Part shown: positions 31,050-44,672 of the stretch, piece by piece | Position numbering within the stretch: the first letter of the stretch is position 1 | Layout of the letters: every line of letters begins with the position of its first letter | Made by a program: the position numbers and the translations under genes | DNA from: Macrostomum lignano | Lineage: Eukaryota | Reading direction: 5' to 3' | Length of the DNA stretch: 64,000 nt | Assembly (NCBI GenBank): GCA_002269645.1 | Contig: NIVC01002429.1 | Location: 1-64,000 of the forward strand | Notes under the pieces: model-generated | Seen by the model: only the letters and a program-made list of their open reading frames with translations | Told to the model about the DNA's origin: nothing | Databases searched by the model: none

Positions 31050-31740
31050 ACAGATGTAGATAAGGGGTTTAGGGTGAGAGAGGTAGATGTAAATTACTAG
31101 ATGTAATTAAAAGGGTTTGGGTGAGAGCGGCGGAGATGTAGATAAGGCGTTTAAGGTAAGAGGGGTAAAGATGTAGATAAGGGGTTTAGGGTGAGAGGGG
31201 TAGAGAGAGGTAGATAAGGAATTTAGGTGAGAGGAGTAGAGATGTAGATACAGGGTTTGGGTGAGAGGGGTAGAGAGAGGTAGATAAGGGGTTTAGGGTG
31301 AGAGGGGTAGAGAGAGGTAGATAAGGGGTTTAGGGTGAGAGGGGTAGAGAGAGGTAGATAAGGGGTTTAGGGTGAGAGGGATAGAGAGAGGTAGATAAGG
31401 GGTTTAGGGTGAGAGGGGTAGAGAGAGGTAGATAAGGGGTTTAGGGTGAGAGGAGTAGAGATGTAGATACAGGGTTTGGGTGAGAGGAGTAGAGAGAGTT
31501 AGATAAGGGGTTTGGGGGAGACGGAGAGAGGTAGATAAGGGGTTTACGGTGAGAGGTAGATAAGGGGTTTACGGTGAGAGGTAGATAAGGGGTTTACGGT
31601 GAGAGGTAGATAAGGGGTTTACGGTGAGAGGTAGATAAGGGGTTTACGGTGAGAGGTAGATAAGGGGTTTACGGTGAGAGGTAGATAAGGGGTTTACGGT
31701 GAGAGGTAGATAAGGGGTTTGCGGTGAGAGGAACAGAGAG
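31050..31740. repeat. G-rich minisatellite with 37-bp then 25-bp units (core GAGAGGTAGATAAGGGGTTTA)
   Basis: ATAAGGGG recurs at 37-nt spacing (31321, 31358), then at 25-nt spacing (31571, 31596). Confidence 0.92.
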
Positions 31741-32609
31741 TAGAGCAGTTATAATGGTAGTTATACAAAGCCTTATGTTACCCAATACCACACAGTAGTC
31801 GTAAATAACAAGTCGGAACAGTCAATTTCAGCTGTAGTAAAAAACAGGAAAATGTGAACAATAATTTATTGATTAAGTTTTTGAATCGGACACATCTATA
31901 CTCATAAGATGTCAATCTAAGCACATAAAAAGGCTTCAATACAAGTTTAAAGCGTTTATAAATCAATTAATTATCTGGTGATAGAAGCAGACTAAAAAAT
32001 CTGTGCATCGGTCGGTAGTCAGAAGGATAAAAATATTAAAATAAACTATTCACAACACAGTAAATATGATTGCACAAACAACAATTCATTGGAAGTCTGC
32101 GTTTAGCTAAGATAAATTAGGAAAGAATCGGAATATATAGAAAATAATATGTCGTTAATATTGCTTTTGAAATTGCATTAAATTGGCTACATACCCATAA
32201 ATCCTAGAAATTATACTATCCAAGCCAAGCCTTTAGGTTTATAATCAAACTTCACGGAAGCTCCCCTGAGGGCGCAACTGCGCAGACAAAATAAGCAATA
32301 AAAAACTTAAACTGCGCAAATGCTGCGGGTAAACGGCGGGAGTAAATATAGCATTTTCAAATGCCCAAATACCTCGTCATTTAATTAGTATTTAAAACCC
32401 ATGCTACATTATAAGACAGTGTTCAAGCCGGTTCACTGGGGGCAAGCAGTCCTACCCACTTCCAGTGACCCCAGAGCAAGCAGACTCGCACAGGGTGTAC
32501 AACGGCAGACTTTCTCAACGTCAGACTACTGTGTCTTGGATGGTTGGCCTACATGGGCGAGAATAGCACCGTCTTAGTGATTTCTTCAGTTCATCTGCCC
32601 TCTTCTCTG

Positions 32610-32995
32610 TTTTATCTCTCTGTCTAGTTCAGTCTTGTTTTTATTCTTATCTCTCCCCCTTCCCTATCAGCCTTCTGATTGGCTCTTCAATCTGACCCCT
32701 TTCCCCAGTCGCGCACCCCAGCTTCTCTTCTCTTCTGTTTACACTGTTTTCTCTCCCTCTCTGTCTAGTTCAGTCTTGTTATTCTTATCTCTCTCCCTTC
32801 CCTACAGGCCTTCTGATTGGCTCTTCAATCTGACCTCTTTCCCCAGTCGCGCGCTCCACCCCTCGTCTCTGTTTACACTGTTTTCTTTCCCTCTCTGTCT
32901 AGTTCAGTCTCGTTATTCTTCTCTCTCCCTTCCCTATCAGCCTTCTGATTGGCTCTTCAATCTGACCCTTTTCCTCACTCGCACACCCCACCCCT
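32610..32995. repeat. Three tandem copies of a 134-141-bp unit, each with CTGATTGGCT
   Basis: CTGTCTAGTTCAGTC recurs at 32620, 32761 and 32895. Confidence 0.85.
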
Positions 32996-33730
32996 AATTT
33001 ATTATCAGCACCCACACTAGCCCCCTCAATTAATCTTGATAAATAGAATTTAGTTTGGGCCCTGCGCCCCACTCCCGATCCAAAAGCACAAGTCGTGGGT
33101 TTAAATTAATGATGTCAAACGTGATAACGAACCCTAAATGAGACACTTTAATGTGAGAGCTAGAAGGGCTCGTTACCGCTGTACTACCCTGAAAATGGTG
33201 TCACGCAAAACTCTTCTAGCCAATTTAAACCAAACAAAAGTAATTTTTTATAACATGATAGAATGGTTTTCCATATTATTTGCCACCAACACAGCTGTTC
33301 CCGCTGCCACCACCGCTGCTGCAGCTGTTAAGCCGGGCCATCTGGCTAGTGACATCCTTGAACAACAGTGGACTGCTGCTCTGGGCCTGATCATGACCGC
33401 TGCCAGTGCTAACAAGGCCGATGCCACCGCCGGGTTGAACAACTATTTCGGCTATGGCAGAGGTGGACAGGGCAAACCGGCGGCCCACCCGGCTGGAGCA
33501 GTGGAACTCGTCCAAGGTGAGGGCGTCATTAGATATCACTGAGCAGGCGGTTGCAACATTCCTGATTGTGAGTAGTTTTTGTGTACTTTGGTAAAAATCA
33601 AAGCTTCATTGATATTTATAACAATTTTAAACAAATACTTAATGATTTTTTATATTTGTTAATCACAAAGACGGACTATCGAACAGCTTTGTCGAACTTA
33701 TATGCCTTAGCTTCAAACCCTATGGCCTAT

Positions 33731-36700
33731 CATACATGCGCAACTTTGGGAATCACCCGGCATTTCTATTGGCAAAACACACATGTAAGTCGCTATTGGC
33801 TGAGTGCAGTAACGTGACTACTATTCTGTCCACTAGCGACTTACATGTGTGTGTTGCCCATAGAAATCGCCAGGTGGATCCCAAGGTTAGGCCCAAGTAT
33901 GCCTATGCTTCAGTTAGCAAACATATCAACCCAATGCAGGCATATAAAATAAAAAACTGAGTTATTTAACGGTAAGCCGACGGTTTTTAACGGTTAAGCA
34001 TTAAATCAGTGCCATTTGGCATTCTAGGTCAAATGCCAGGATGTCAAATTGAATACTAGGATGACAGCTACAACTATTCTAAAAAGTTCAAAAACAAATA
34101 AAATATTAACATCTCTCTCTCTACCTTAACTTTAATACCACTAAGTCTATCTAACCCGACATACACAAGCAACTGCTGTCTAACCCAACCAATCTAGCCA
34201 ATGTAAATTGCAGTAGATCAATGATAAGTTTCAAAATTAATAACTAAAAAATCTAAATTAAGCCAAAAAGTCAAAATCAATTGCATGGCCAATATATAGT
34301 TTCAAATGTTGCACATAAATAATACATGACCTACAAAAGTCACAGAAGTTTATAGACACAATGTTTATAAATTACTTAAATTTGACTATGGGTAAAAGTC
34401 TTGAAAATCAAAGAATTCAAGGAAATATAAAATTATATTACATTTTATATCAAGAAAATGAAAACTGGTAAAAAATATGTTAACATAAATATACTTGCAT
34501 ATTTAAAAAATATGTTTTAATATACTTAAAATTGTTGATCACACAGTCTGGCACACATTGCTCAAAGACCTTTGCCTTCTCTAAGGTGAGAGTTGAGTCA
34601 GTTCTAAAAATGGAACTGAGTCACATAATCTTATACACAATGGTGCACTAGGGGATTCCTAGTCAATGAATATGGATCTCTCTCACCTTTTTTCTACCAA
34701 TAAGTCTGTTTTCCCAGCTTTCAGTTATATTTCTGAGTTTCTTTTGTAGTTTCCCATCTCTTGTGTATAATTAAGCTATCTGTAATTGGCCTGACTAAAC
34801 TAAGATTACAAAGCCTACAAGAGACTAACTGACACTGTCCTCCAAACCATCTATTAGCCTAGCAGGATCTGCTGACTAGATGTCTTTGTGCATTGAAGTG
34901 CAAATCTGCATAAAGTTCCAAGTTCATTGACTTATTTCTTTTGTTCTAACAAGCTTACCTCATTGAAGGCTGAGACCTAAAGGAACTAGTAGCAGCACTA
35001 TCTATGCTAGGCTTCTAATCAGAAAAGGATAGAGAGCCCTACACAAACTATGCTAATGCAGCCTGAGAGAGAAGCATTAAGTACAATACTGGTTGTAGCA
35101 ATGGGATACTAAAGGCCTATCAAACCTATCCTAAGACAACTAACTATAACTATATAAATAAATGTTAATGTCAGTTACCAAAATAACTTGATGGCTATAA
35201 GCAACCTAAATTATATTTAAACCTAGCCTTAATTACAAGTAATATGTGTACAAATTTAAAACTAAATTCATTTATAGACTAGTTATAATAGACATAGGCT
35301 ATATTACAAATTATGGTTAGGACCTATGGGAAACAGAATTTTTTACCATTTATAAAAAACCCTATTGCCACATTGGAAAATATTTTATAAATAAACAATT
35401 ATTAGAAAAACTAGCTACTTTGGTAATAGTTTGATAATAGTCACTTTAGTGACATCTATTTTAGTAACAAGTTATTTTAGTACCAATGTGCATAGAACAT
35501 TTAGTATATATCAATTAAAAGTTTGATTTATTTTTTTAAGTTAGGATAAATATTTATAAATAATGCTTTATCATTGTTGTATCACTCTTTGAAATATCCT
35601 GCTTTTGTTATATTTATAAATTTTAAGTCTTGTTAATTTTTGTTACATTTTTCTCCTATACTTATTTTCCAAGTCTTACTATCTATGTTTATATCTATTT
35701 GTTATTTTTTTTTGATTTGTTAATTGAGATTTGATATTATTCTACATATAACTCACCTGATAGATATACCTGAGAATTGGTATTTCATTCATGCAACAGG
35801 TATATTTATATGAGAATGTTCTACATGTACATGGCCATTAATAGGGTGCTGCCAAATTTGTTAATATCTAATCTATCAACACTATTGACCAATTGGTTAT
35901 CTGACTATTTGCTTATATTATACACTAATGGATATAGATATTTGTGAAAATTTAAAAAAAATTGTAACTTTCAAAGTTAAACATTTTCTAGTTTTACAAA
36001 TGGCACATAAGTAGCTATATAGAAAATAATAAGGGCATAAGTTATTAACAGATTACCTAATTTATAAAGCAGATATATACTAGCCCCACACAATGGATGC
36101 CAAGTGTAATTGTAAGACAATAAAATATACACAGCATATAAGCTTTAAGACCTTAGCAGACTTTGAATATATATCTATATTATATTTGGATACTTTGTGA
36201 GTGATGAGGACAGACTGACATTTGTGTCGGAAAGTTTGGTGATGCAGCAAAGAATTTTTTAAGCTATTTGTTTCCTGGGCAAATGAATTTAATACTTTAA
36301 TGTTGCAAGGGAAAGGACATGCTATTATGTTTGAGGTTGCCAATGAGATGGGGGTTTCAATGTCTGTAGCACTGCCATATGTCACAAAGATTTACTAGCT
36401 TAGCTATCAGACAGTGGATAAAAATTGAGAACTTTTTTCCCCTATATGCAGCAACATTTCGACAATTTCATGAAGATAATGATTTTCCACTTCAGTACCT
36501 AGTTCTAGGAAATGACTTTTTAACTGACCTACGCTCTCTTTTGGACACCTTTAAGCCTTTTGTACAGCTCATGGAGCTTTAACTTCCAGTTTTATCACTG
36601 GAAGGCTGCAACATGGGGTAAATGCCTAATTTGCTGCATGGAAGCCAGACAGAAGTCCTTGTTGCAAAAACACCTGGCTGACAAAAAACTTTGGTTTAAG

Positions 36701-37790
36701 GGCACTCGTCTATATGAAGGCTAGCATCATATTTCTAGCTCTACTAATCAGCAAGTAGCAAGCATGCATGGCAGACCTAAAAATCTGCAGACACACACTT
36801 GGGAAGAAAGAACTATAGAGAGAGCTATAGAAGAATCTGAACTGTTTGCCATAGCTTTGCTAGAGAGCATTACTTCTTGACTTTAACTTGGAACTTCTCA
36901 ATGCTCAAAGATTGTAGCAGAATCTATGGACTTTGAAAAACTTCTTTAGAATCTGTCTGGCAGATGTATAGTATGTGAAAATACTGGAGTTGCAAAAAAT
37001 ATTCAAACCTGCTTTGATTTTGAAATATTTATGGTCATTGGTAAACAGGAATTCATGCAATTCTTTAACTAAGTTGTATCACAACTGCGCATTAAAAACA
37101 CTACTTAGGCAAGTGATTCAGAAATATCTCAGCTCATACCTGGTCTTCATGGAGCTGCTTATCTTAAGTTAAAGGTGATTATTGATATTTACATATACCA
37201 TTATTTCCATTATCCTGTGTACTACGCAATATATCCTTATTATTTATCAGACTTGTGTAAATTTCAAGGCACATTTGAGTAGCTTTTTGGGGAGAACTAG
37301 CCTCTCTTGGCATATCATGCCTATGCTTCAAATCAGACAAAAACTACAAGCCAGTAAGAGGACATGTTCTTCATTCTATAGAAATTGAAGATCAGTTTGA
37401 TTCTGTGCAACCACTTTTCAATGTGTCAACAGATGCTAGAGACTTTAAGAGCTGTCTGCTCAATGAACAGAAGCTAATGCAACCTTTCTACATGGAACCT
37501 GAAGTTTATGAAAAAGTTGGAATAGAGCTCTGTACATTATTAAATATAGCAGTGAACACTGGTGGAAGCAAGGCCCTTGCTCAATCATTCTATGGAGTAA
37601 TGAGATCGCAGCATATGCGTGGCCAGCAACAAAGCAAGACTCTGCAGCTACAAACAAAAATTGATTGGTTGTTGTCACCAGTTGGCAAAAAGATAGAACA
37701 AGCAATTGCAGACATTGCTAAGCAGTATCTAAAGATGGCTGCTACTCCTGTTGCCAAAGACCCCCAAACAATTGAAGGATATATTTAAAT
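33731..37790 (+). pseudogene. Decayed hAT-like DNA transposon: left TIR plus fragmented transposase-like coding remnants
   Basis: The TIR CATACATGCGCAACT at 33731 is identical to that of the 38522-40628 element. ORF fragments 36379-36582 and 37405-37788 (…TGGSKALAQSFYGVM…LQTKIDWLL) resemble, from memory, a hAT C-terminal dimerisation segment. No right end was found. Confidence 0.5.
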
Positions 37791-38734
37791 GAGAATATCT
37801 TCTAGCAAAGTGCAAAAGTGGAAAGACACTAAAAGAGCTTGAATTCAGTTTTTAATCTAACTTCATTGTGTATTGCAGTAATATATACACTCAGCAATAT
37901 TGAAAAGTTGCCGCTCTATGAGCCAGTGAGAAATTTCTCTTGGACTATTCTCAAATAAAAAGTGCAAGAAAACTGAGGGTAGCTTTAATCCGTCCAACTC
38001 TTGTACGCCGCTCCCCCATTTTATTCCTCGAAACTCAAGTCTAAGTTTTGTCACTTGCAAAGATTGAGAGATTACCTGCACTCTCAAAAGTGGCGACCAT
38101 AGACCAATAGACAGGATCTTCCATGATGGTGACTTTTCAATGTTGCTAAGTATTAGCTACATATAGCCATCTGTAACTAGCTATCTGTAGCTACATGTAT
38201 GATGATCAACGTAATATATATTTGCTTTTATCTAAGCATTAAAATGAATTAATTGTCCTTTGTTCTGATGAATTGTTAAATGTACTAGTTTTTGTCCAAT
38301 ATTATCTGTTTTCTTAGGTTCGATTCATATTGCCATCAAATAGGGCTAAATTTTGTGACTACCTGATTGGTTCACAATTTTCATCTCTAATTTGTACATT
38401 TACACTAGTCAATTGGTTTGATATCTCCTGTGATGGCAGTGGGAATTTTGATGTTACTGAGTATTAGCTAGAGGCCATTGATAAACTTTGTTGGTCACTT
38501 TAAACTATATATGCAGTTAGGCATACATGCGCAACTGCTGGCCGACCTGGCCGATCCGGCCACCGTAAATCGTGGCTGACCAGGGGTAAGTCGCAAAATT
38601 GAGTCAACCAAAAACAGAAAAACACAAGAACCAAGAAAGGCAAGAGGAAAGCGAAAGAAAGAGCAGTTCAGGGAAAATGGTGAAGCAAAAGAAAAACAAT
38701 TCGCAAAAGAAGCAAACTAAGTTGTAAAAATAAT

Positions 38735-39112
38735 CAGGTAAGTCGCAAAAAGGATCAGGTAAGTCGCAAAAGAAGCAAACTAAGTCGCAAAAAGGATCAG
38801 GTAAGTCGCAACAGGAATCAGGTAAGTCGCAAAAGGATCAGCTAAGTCGCAAAAGGATTAGGTAAGTCGCAAAAGGATTAGGTAAGTCGCAAAAGGGTTA
38901 GGTAAGTCGCAAAAGGATTAGGTAAGTCGCAAAAAGGATTAGGTAAGTCGCAAAAAGAATCAGGTAAGTCGCAAAAGGATCAGCTAAGTCGCAAAAGGAT
39001 TAGGTAAGTCACAAAAGGATTAGGTAAGTCGCAAAAGGGTTAGGTAAGTTGCAAAAAGGATTAGGTAAGTCGCAAAAAGAAGCAACTAAGTCGCAATAAG
39101 AGGGAAGTAAGT
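38735..39112. repeat. About 20-bp tandem array (GGTAAGTCGCAAAAGGATTA) inside the hAT element
   Basis: Directly visible; about 18 units. Confidence 0.92.
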
Positions 39113-39344
39113 CACAATCAGAGGCAATCAGGGGGTAGTAGGTGCAAGTGTGGCAAGAGAGCAAAAACAGAATAGAAGCCTTCAACCACAGACAAGATCT
39201 TTGAAATCAGAAGCCCGCGTCAACAGTTTCCCATTGATTTCTTAAACTCTGGAGCAGGGGTTGGCAAACTCCGGCTCGCGAAGCCCCTCTATCTGGCCCT
39301 CGCCCCTCGGGTTCTTTGAAACTTCCTAACTACGAGTAGCAAGG

Positions 39345-40040
39345 TTGGTGTCTCTTCAACTCTCATCTCTCTCTTCTTCTCTACCTTGCCTCCCCTCTTC
39401 TCTCTCTCCCCCTTTTCCCTCTTCTCTCTCATCTCATTTTTACTCTCCTCTCTTCTCCCCCTTTCTCTCTACCCTTTCTCCTCAATGCCCTCTTCTCTCC
39501 TCTTATCTTCAGCAAAAATATGTGCATATTTTCTTACTTCAAAGTAGAGGGAATAGAAGATTAGAGATAAGCAAACAGAGGAGAGGCGAGCGATGCGATG
39601 GGAGAAAAGATAGAAGAGGAGAGAAAAGCTGAGGGAGGAAAAAGAGATGAGAGAGAAGAGGAGATGAGAGGAAAGAGGAAAGAAAAGATGATGGATGAGA
39701 TCAGAAGAGAGGAAAGAGGAGAGAGTAGATGAGAGAAGAGAGGATAAAGAGGAGATGAGAGGAGAGTGAAGAGAGGAGAGATGAGAGAGTAGAAAAGAGA
39801 GGAGAGATAAGATGAGAGAGTAGAGTGGAGAGAGACGAGAGGGAAGATAAGATGAGAGAGTAGAGTGGAATGGAGAGAGACGAGAGGAGAGATAAGAATG
39901 TAGAGAGGAGACAGAAGAGATAGGAGAGGAGAGGAAAGAGAGGAGAGAGGAGAGGAAAGAGAGGAGAGAGGAGAGGAAAGAGAGAAGGGATAAGGGATGA
40001 GAGAGAAAAGAAAAAGAGGATGAGAAGATTGAGGAATGGA
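39345..40040. repeat. CT-rich then GA-rich low-complexity tracts inside the hAT element
   Basis: Directly visible. Confidence 0.85.
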
Positions 40041-41049
40041 GAGAATTTGCAAAGGCCTCAAATCTTAGTTTAACATGCATTACTCCCATCTTTGCCTTTT
40101 TCCTAACTGTTAACAAGTTTTTGTTTGAGCATGACTTCAAATTTAGAATCTATGCAAAAATAGTTCCGGGAATTAGAATTCAGTGGTTTAAAAATCTGTG
40201 GGTTTTCACAGCTTGTATCTCTACTGGATTCGTATTCTGCATCTGATGAGCCATCTGAATCAGGGCTCTCATCTTCCATGCCAAATCGTCTAGCAAATCG
40301 TTCTTGAGCTATAGGTCACACTGTATTCTCTTCACTTACTTCTGGACATTCATGAATCATGACTTTTGTAGTATGCTCACTACACTGTACTGACAATTTA
40401 CTAATTGCTTCATGCCGCCACTAGATGACATACTGATTAGCTGTTATAAAAACGCGAAATCTGCACGCAGCACTAATTAGCTGGCGAGGCAATTAGCTTT
40501 AAATTATGGTCATAGTTACTCCTGCCGTTTACCTAAAGTTTTTGCTTGGCTCTTTCATAGGTAAGTCGCATTTTTTATCGAAAACTAAGTCGCACGGCCA
40601 GCGTAATTTCAGAAGTTGCGCATGTATGCAGTTAGGTATATGTATTGACCCAATTTTAATACCATTAGTAGCTTAAAAGTCAAGTACATGCAGTGCTGGG
40701 TATTGTATACTTCTATAAAACGTATCAACCTAAAGGGATACTTTGATACCCAAATGATAATCATCGATACTAAATATCAGAGTATTGGACCTATGCCCAA
40801 CACTGTGTACATTTATATCTATCTTTACGTGATGTACTCATGTAGCCGCTCATGAACATAGCTATTGTGACATTATTATTGTCAGATTGTGACACTATTA
40901 ATAATCATTAAAAAAGTGTACTTTGTGCATATATTTCAATGTGCTTCTTTCCACACTCTGTTTTTTTCATTACTATATTGTTCATTATGTCTGCATACAT
41001 ACAATTTATTCAGAAAGTCGCATTGCCATGCAGCAAAAATTTTAGGATA

Positions 41050-42382
41050 CGAGGGGCTTTCAAAAAGTTTTGGCAACTGACCTAATATCTCCAAAAGTAC
41101 ATATCATAAAGCGTTGAAACTTTTTTTACAAAATTGCAAACATATATTCTGTTTGTGACACAGACATATATGACTTTTTCCCTCAAATGTGTTATACTTG
41201 CGCATGGCCAATGCAAGGTGGTGTTTTACACTCTGCCAAAAAATGGAGCAGTGCAACCAGACCAGTGGCAATTCTACGTTTTTATGCACTCACGACTTGG
41301 AGAAAATGTGGTCAAAATCCATGCAAACCTGGTCTAGATAGTTGGGGACCAAGCCCCTTCCTATCACACGGTTGCCAGGTAGATAGAGTCTATCAATGCC
41401 GGACTGGCCTCCTTGAATGACGAACCCCAGTCTGGACGACCCAGCACAGCTGTGACTGAAGCCAACATCGCTGCTGTCAGGGCTCTGGTGGACAAGGATC
41501 CAAACATTACCGTCACTGTGATTAGCGAGACTGTTGGTATTTCCGATGGCAGTGTGCACACCATCCTGCATAGCCACCTGGGCCTCCTCAAGGTCACCGC
41601 CTGCTGGGTGCCCCACCTCCTAACAGAAGAGCAGAAGAGGGAAAGGGTGCAGTGCAGCCAGGAATTCCTGCGCAACTTCAGTCCAGCAGGCAGCCAGAGG
41701 CTTTCTGACATTGTTACAGGTGATAAGAAATGGTTTTTTATTTTTAAGTGCCCCAGAAGATGCAGAACAAGGCCTGGGTGGGCTCTGGAAATGCGAGGCC
41801 AACTGTCCTACAGTCTAGCTTTTGGTCTCAGAAAGAGATGTTTGTTATCTTCATTAGCACATCTGGACCTGTGGCTGTCATCATGGTGCCTAATGGACAG
41901 AATGTGAACACCAGCTTCTACTCTGGTATGGTTCTGCCACAAGTCATGGTGTCACTTCATGCAACTCAGCCCTCACGGCTTCAAGCTGGGCGAGTTCACC
42001 TGCACCATGACAATGTGTCTAGTCACATAGTGGCCCTGATGACAAACTTTCTGGCAGCCAACAATATCAAGACTATCCGCCACCTACCTTACAGTCCTGG
42101 CTTGGCTCCTTGCGACTTCTGGGTGTTCGCCAAGCTAACTGAATGGCTGGCAGGATGGAATTTTCACCAATACCAGGACCTAGCTAAGTGCATCAATTCA
42201 GAGCTGAAGGCCATACCTGCTTCTGAGTACCATGGCGCATTTGAAGCATGGATTTGATGGCACCAAAAGTGCATTGAGAGAGGGGGAGACTACATTGAAG
42301 GATTATAACATGCTCAGTTGTTCTTTGCAGTTACTGATTTTTAATAGTTGACCAGTTGCCAAAACTTTTTGGGTGCCCCTCG
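41050..42382 (+). mobile_element. Mariner (Tc1/mariner, DD34D-type) transposon, 1333 bp, transposase frameshifted
   Basis: 30-bp TIRs CGAGGGGC(TTT/ACC)CAAAAAGTTTTGGCAACTG and TA TSD. ORF pieces carry SGRP, WVPHLL, TGDKKW, HHDNV and YSPGLAPCD (degenerate WVPHEL, TGDEKW, HDNA, YSPDLAPSD). Confidence 0.95.
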
Positions 42383-44548
42383 TAAATATATTACACTTCT
42401 CTTGAATGTTGGTATCGTATGACTGCATTTGAGTTGATTACATGTATGCCCTGCTCTGACCACGGATGACAAATTAAAATTTAAGAGACTTATTTTTGAG
42501 TGGCTGACTGTCTACAGCCGCTCATATAAATTTCATCTATTGCACTGAGAAATGCAGCGTAATTTCATTTGAAATCTAAAAAAGCTTGTGCATATGCACC
42601 TGTATACCAACTGCCTGGCCTAGTCCTAGCAAAACCTTTTAAACTTGGTGGCCCTAGATGGAATAAAGCATGCTTCATGTCACACTTTTTGAAGCATCTA
42701 GCTAATACTTAACGTACTCTCTTATCATATCACATTTAAATAGAAGAAAATGCATTCTTTTGTGTGTGTGTTGCCTTATTATAATAAAACAAAATTATTG
42801 CATTTTAAAGCAGTCACAGACTAGGCCTACTGCCTACAGAGTAAAGAAAATGATTAAAAACTCTTAGTATTTAAGAACATTTTGTATGGAAAAGCCTATA
42901 AAAAGTTGAGCATGAAATTTCAGTTCCACAAAACTTGCATCTTGTATCAATTTTGTGCGCAGCTTTCTATTCCGAAATTGCCTTGCAAAAATTCTATCCT
43001 AGACTATGCAGGGACATAGCCAAGAGGGAAAGGGTCATAGGGGTCATGTCATGACCCCCTAGCCGGCAGATCCAAGCCAAATTTTCAGACCCCCTCCCCC
43101 ATTGCAGAGGCCTAGCATAGCACCCTCTGCCCTTAGTTGCCACTGTGAGCCTATGACTGACTATGACCCCCTTCCTAGAAGGAAATCCAAGCTATGCCAC
43201 TGGAACTATGGTATATATATATATATATTTTTTTTTAATATTTATATTTATATATATCTGCATAGATCTAAAATTGGACCAAATAAAGTTTATAAAAATA
43301 AATAGAATCAAGGCTAAAATGAATTAGTAGGGAGTCAAGACCTATTAATAACATATGCAACTTGCAACTAATTAAGAAGTTGGCATACAAGCATTACTTT
43401 TTTAACTTTTATTCTGATATACACCTGCCATAATACTAATACTATGATCTAGACTATAAATATAGTAGTAATACATATAGGCCTATACAAATTTGCATAG
43501 CCCATAGGTTTACACTTTCAATCATCTTTAAAAGTAAAAAATAAATTAAAACTTTAAATAATAGACATAAAATGCACCATACACATTTGGCACTAAAGTA
43601 AACTGTCACCAAAATGGATGCCACCAAAAAAACTATTATTCATTACAAGGCTTTCTTGTAGGTGATGTTGTCTAAGACTAAGCCTTATTGAAAATTGTCA
43701 TAGTATAAGTAAGTAAGCATTCTGCCACTGGTATAAATAAATTAGTTGCAACACTATTTACATTAATTTAATTTACCCGTTATCAGCCATAAAAATCCTT
43801 GGAAGCTTGGTGGCGTTGATAAATGCTATAGATAGTCAGATGATAGATAATATTGATAGGTAAAACGAAATCTAGTAGGCCTAGTCTAGTACTACTACAA
43901 GGGATTAGGTTGCTGAACTGAATTCAACTTAAACTTGCAGCTACTGCAAAGCTAAGTTAATTGTAATTTATTTCCAGTTTGATTAGCTTTTTTAACAGCA
44001 CCTCTTTCTTTAATTTGGGATTTTTATTGTTGTTGCAATTTCTGATTTTGTTATAAAAAAATAGTGATTATACGGAAATTCATCTGTTCGCAGACTTTTT
44101 AGAAAATTAAAAAACTAACAAACGTACAGAGTAAGAACAATACTAAAGCACCTCTTTGTCATTAACTATTATTATTAATTCTTTAAACATAGAACACATT
44201 GTTTTTTATAGTTTTATAATAGAAAATTACTTACTGTGAATGTTGACAGTGTCACTATTAAGTGTTGAAACTTTCGTTGTTTTTTAAGCTCGACGAACAA
44301 ATTCGATATTGATTGATTGATTGATTCTATAATTTCTATCTGAAAATAGACGCTTCAAATTTAGGTTTAGCTTAGCTTGATATGCCAAAGTTAAGAGTTT
44401 TATGCAAGTAGTTTTGGTTCTTTAGTTATGTAGAAGAGAAGATAATATATCTTCTCTTGCATTATATTTGCTATCCGTCTGTTTCTGCTTACTTGACATA
44501 GTTTAATAAATTTTCCCCATGGAATGCTGATGTTGTTTAAGATTCAAA

Positions 44549-44672
44549 ATGTCAAAGAATTACGATTACCTTTTTAAAATTGTGATGATTGGAGACAGTG
44601 CTGTAGGAAAAACCAGTGTTTTGACTAGATTTGCCAATAACAATTTCAGTCAGTCCTTCATTGCTACAATAG
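44549..44672 (+). CDS. RAB8: Rab8-subfamily GTPase, exon 1
   Basis: [22 protein letters not shown]...FIATIG; GTAAG donor, phase 1. Confidence 0.93.

Larger units (their letters stand above)
38522..40628. mobile_element. Non-autonomous hAT-superfamily element, 2107 bp
   Basis: Perfect 15-bp TIRs CATACATGCGCAACT (38522-38536, 40614-40628); 8-bp TSD CAGTTAGG (38514-38521, 40629-40636); subterminal TAAGTCGCA motifs; stop-riddled coding remnant on the minus strand at about 40050-40420. Confidence 0.92.

Noticed and set aside
28940-31740. Interstitial telomere (TTAGGG/TTTAGGG motifs)
   Set aside because: The motifs occur once per longer unit and never as tandem (TTAGGG)n.
33138-33542. 134-aa ORF in a GC-richer patch
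   Set aside because: No recognisable motif and the alternative frames carry stops; possibly a decayed coding fragment but unsupported.
40243-40250. CTGATGAG hammerhead ribozyme core
   Set aside because: There is no downstream GAAA or stem II/III pairing.
42432-42448. AGTTGATTACATGTATG as the missing right TIR of the 33731 element
   Set aside because: Only a partial match, and the flank (CCCTGCTC) does not reproduce the expected TSD TGGCCTAT.
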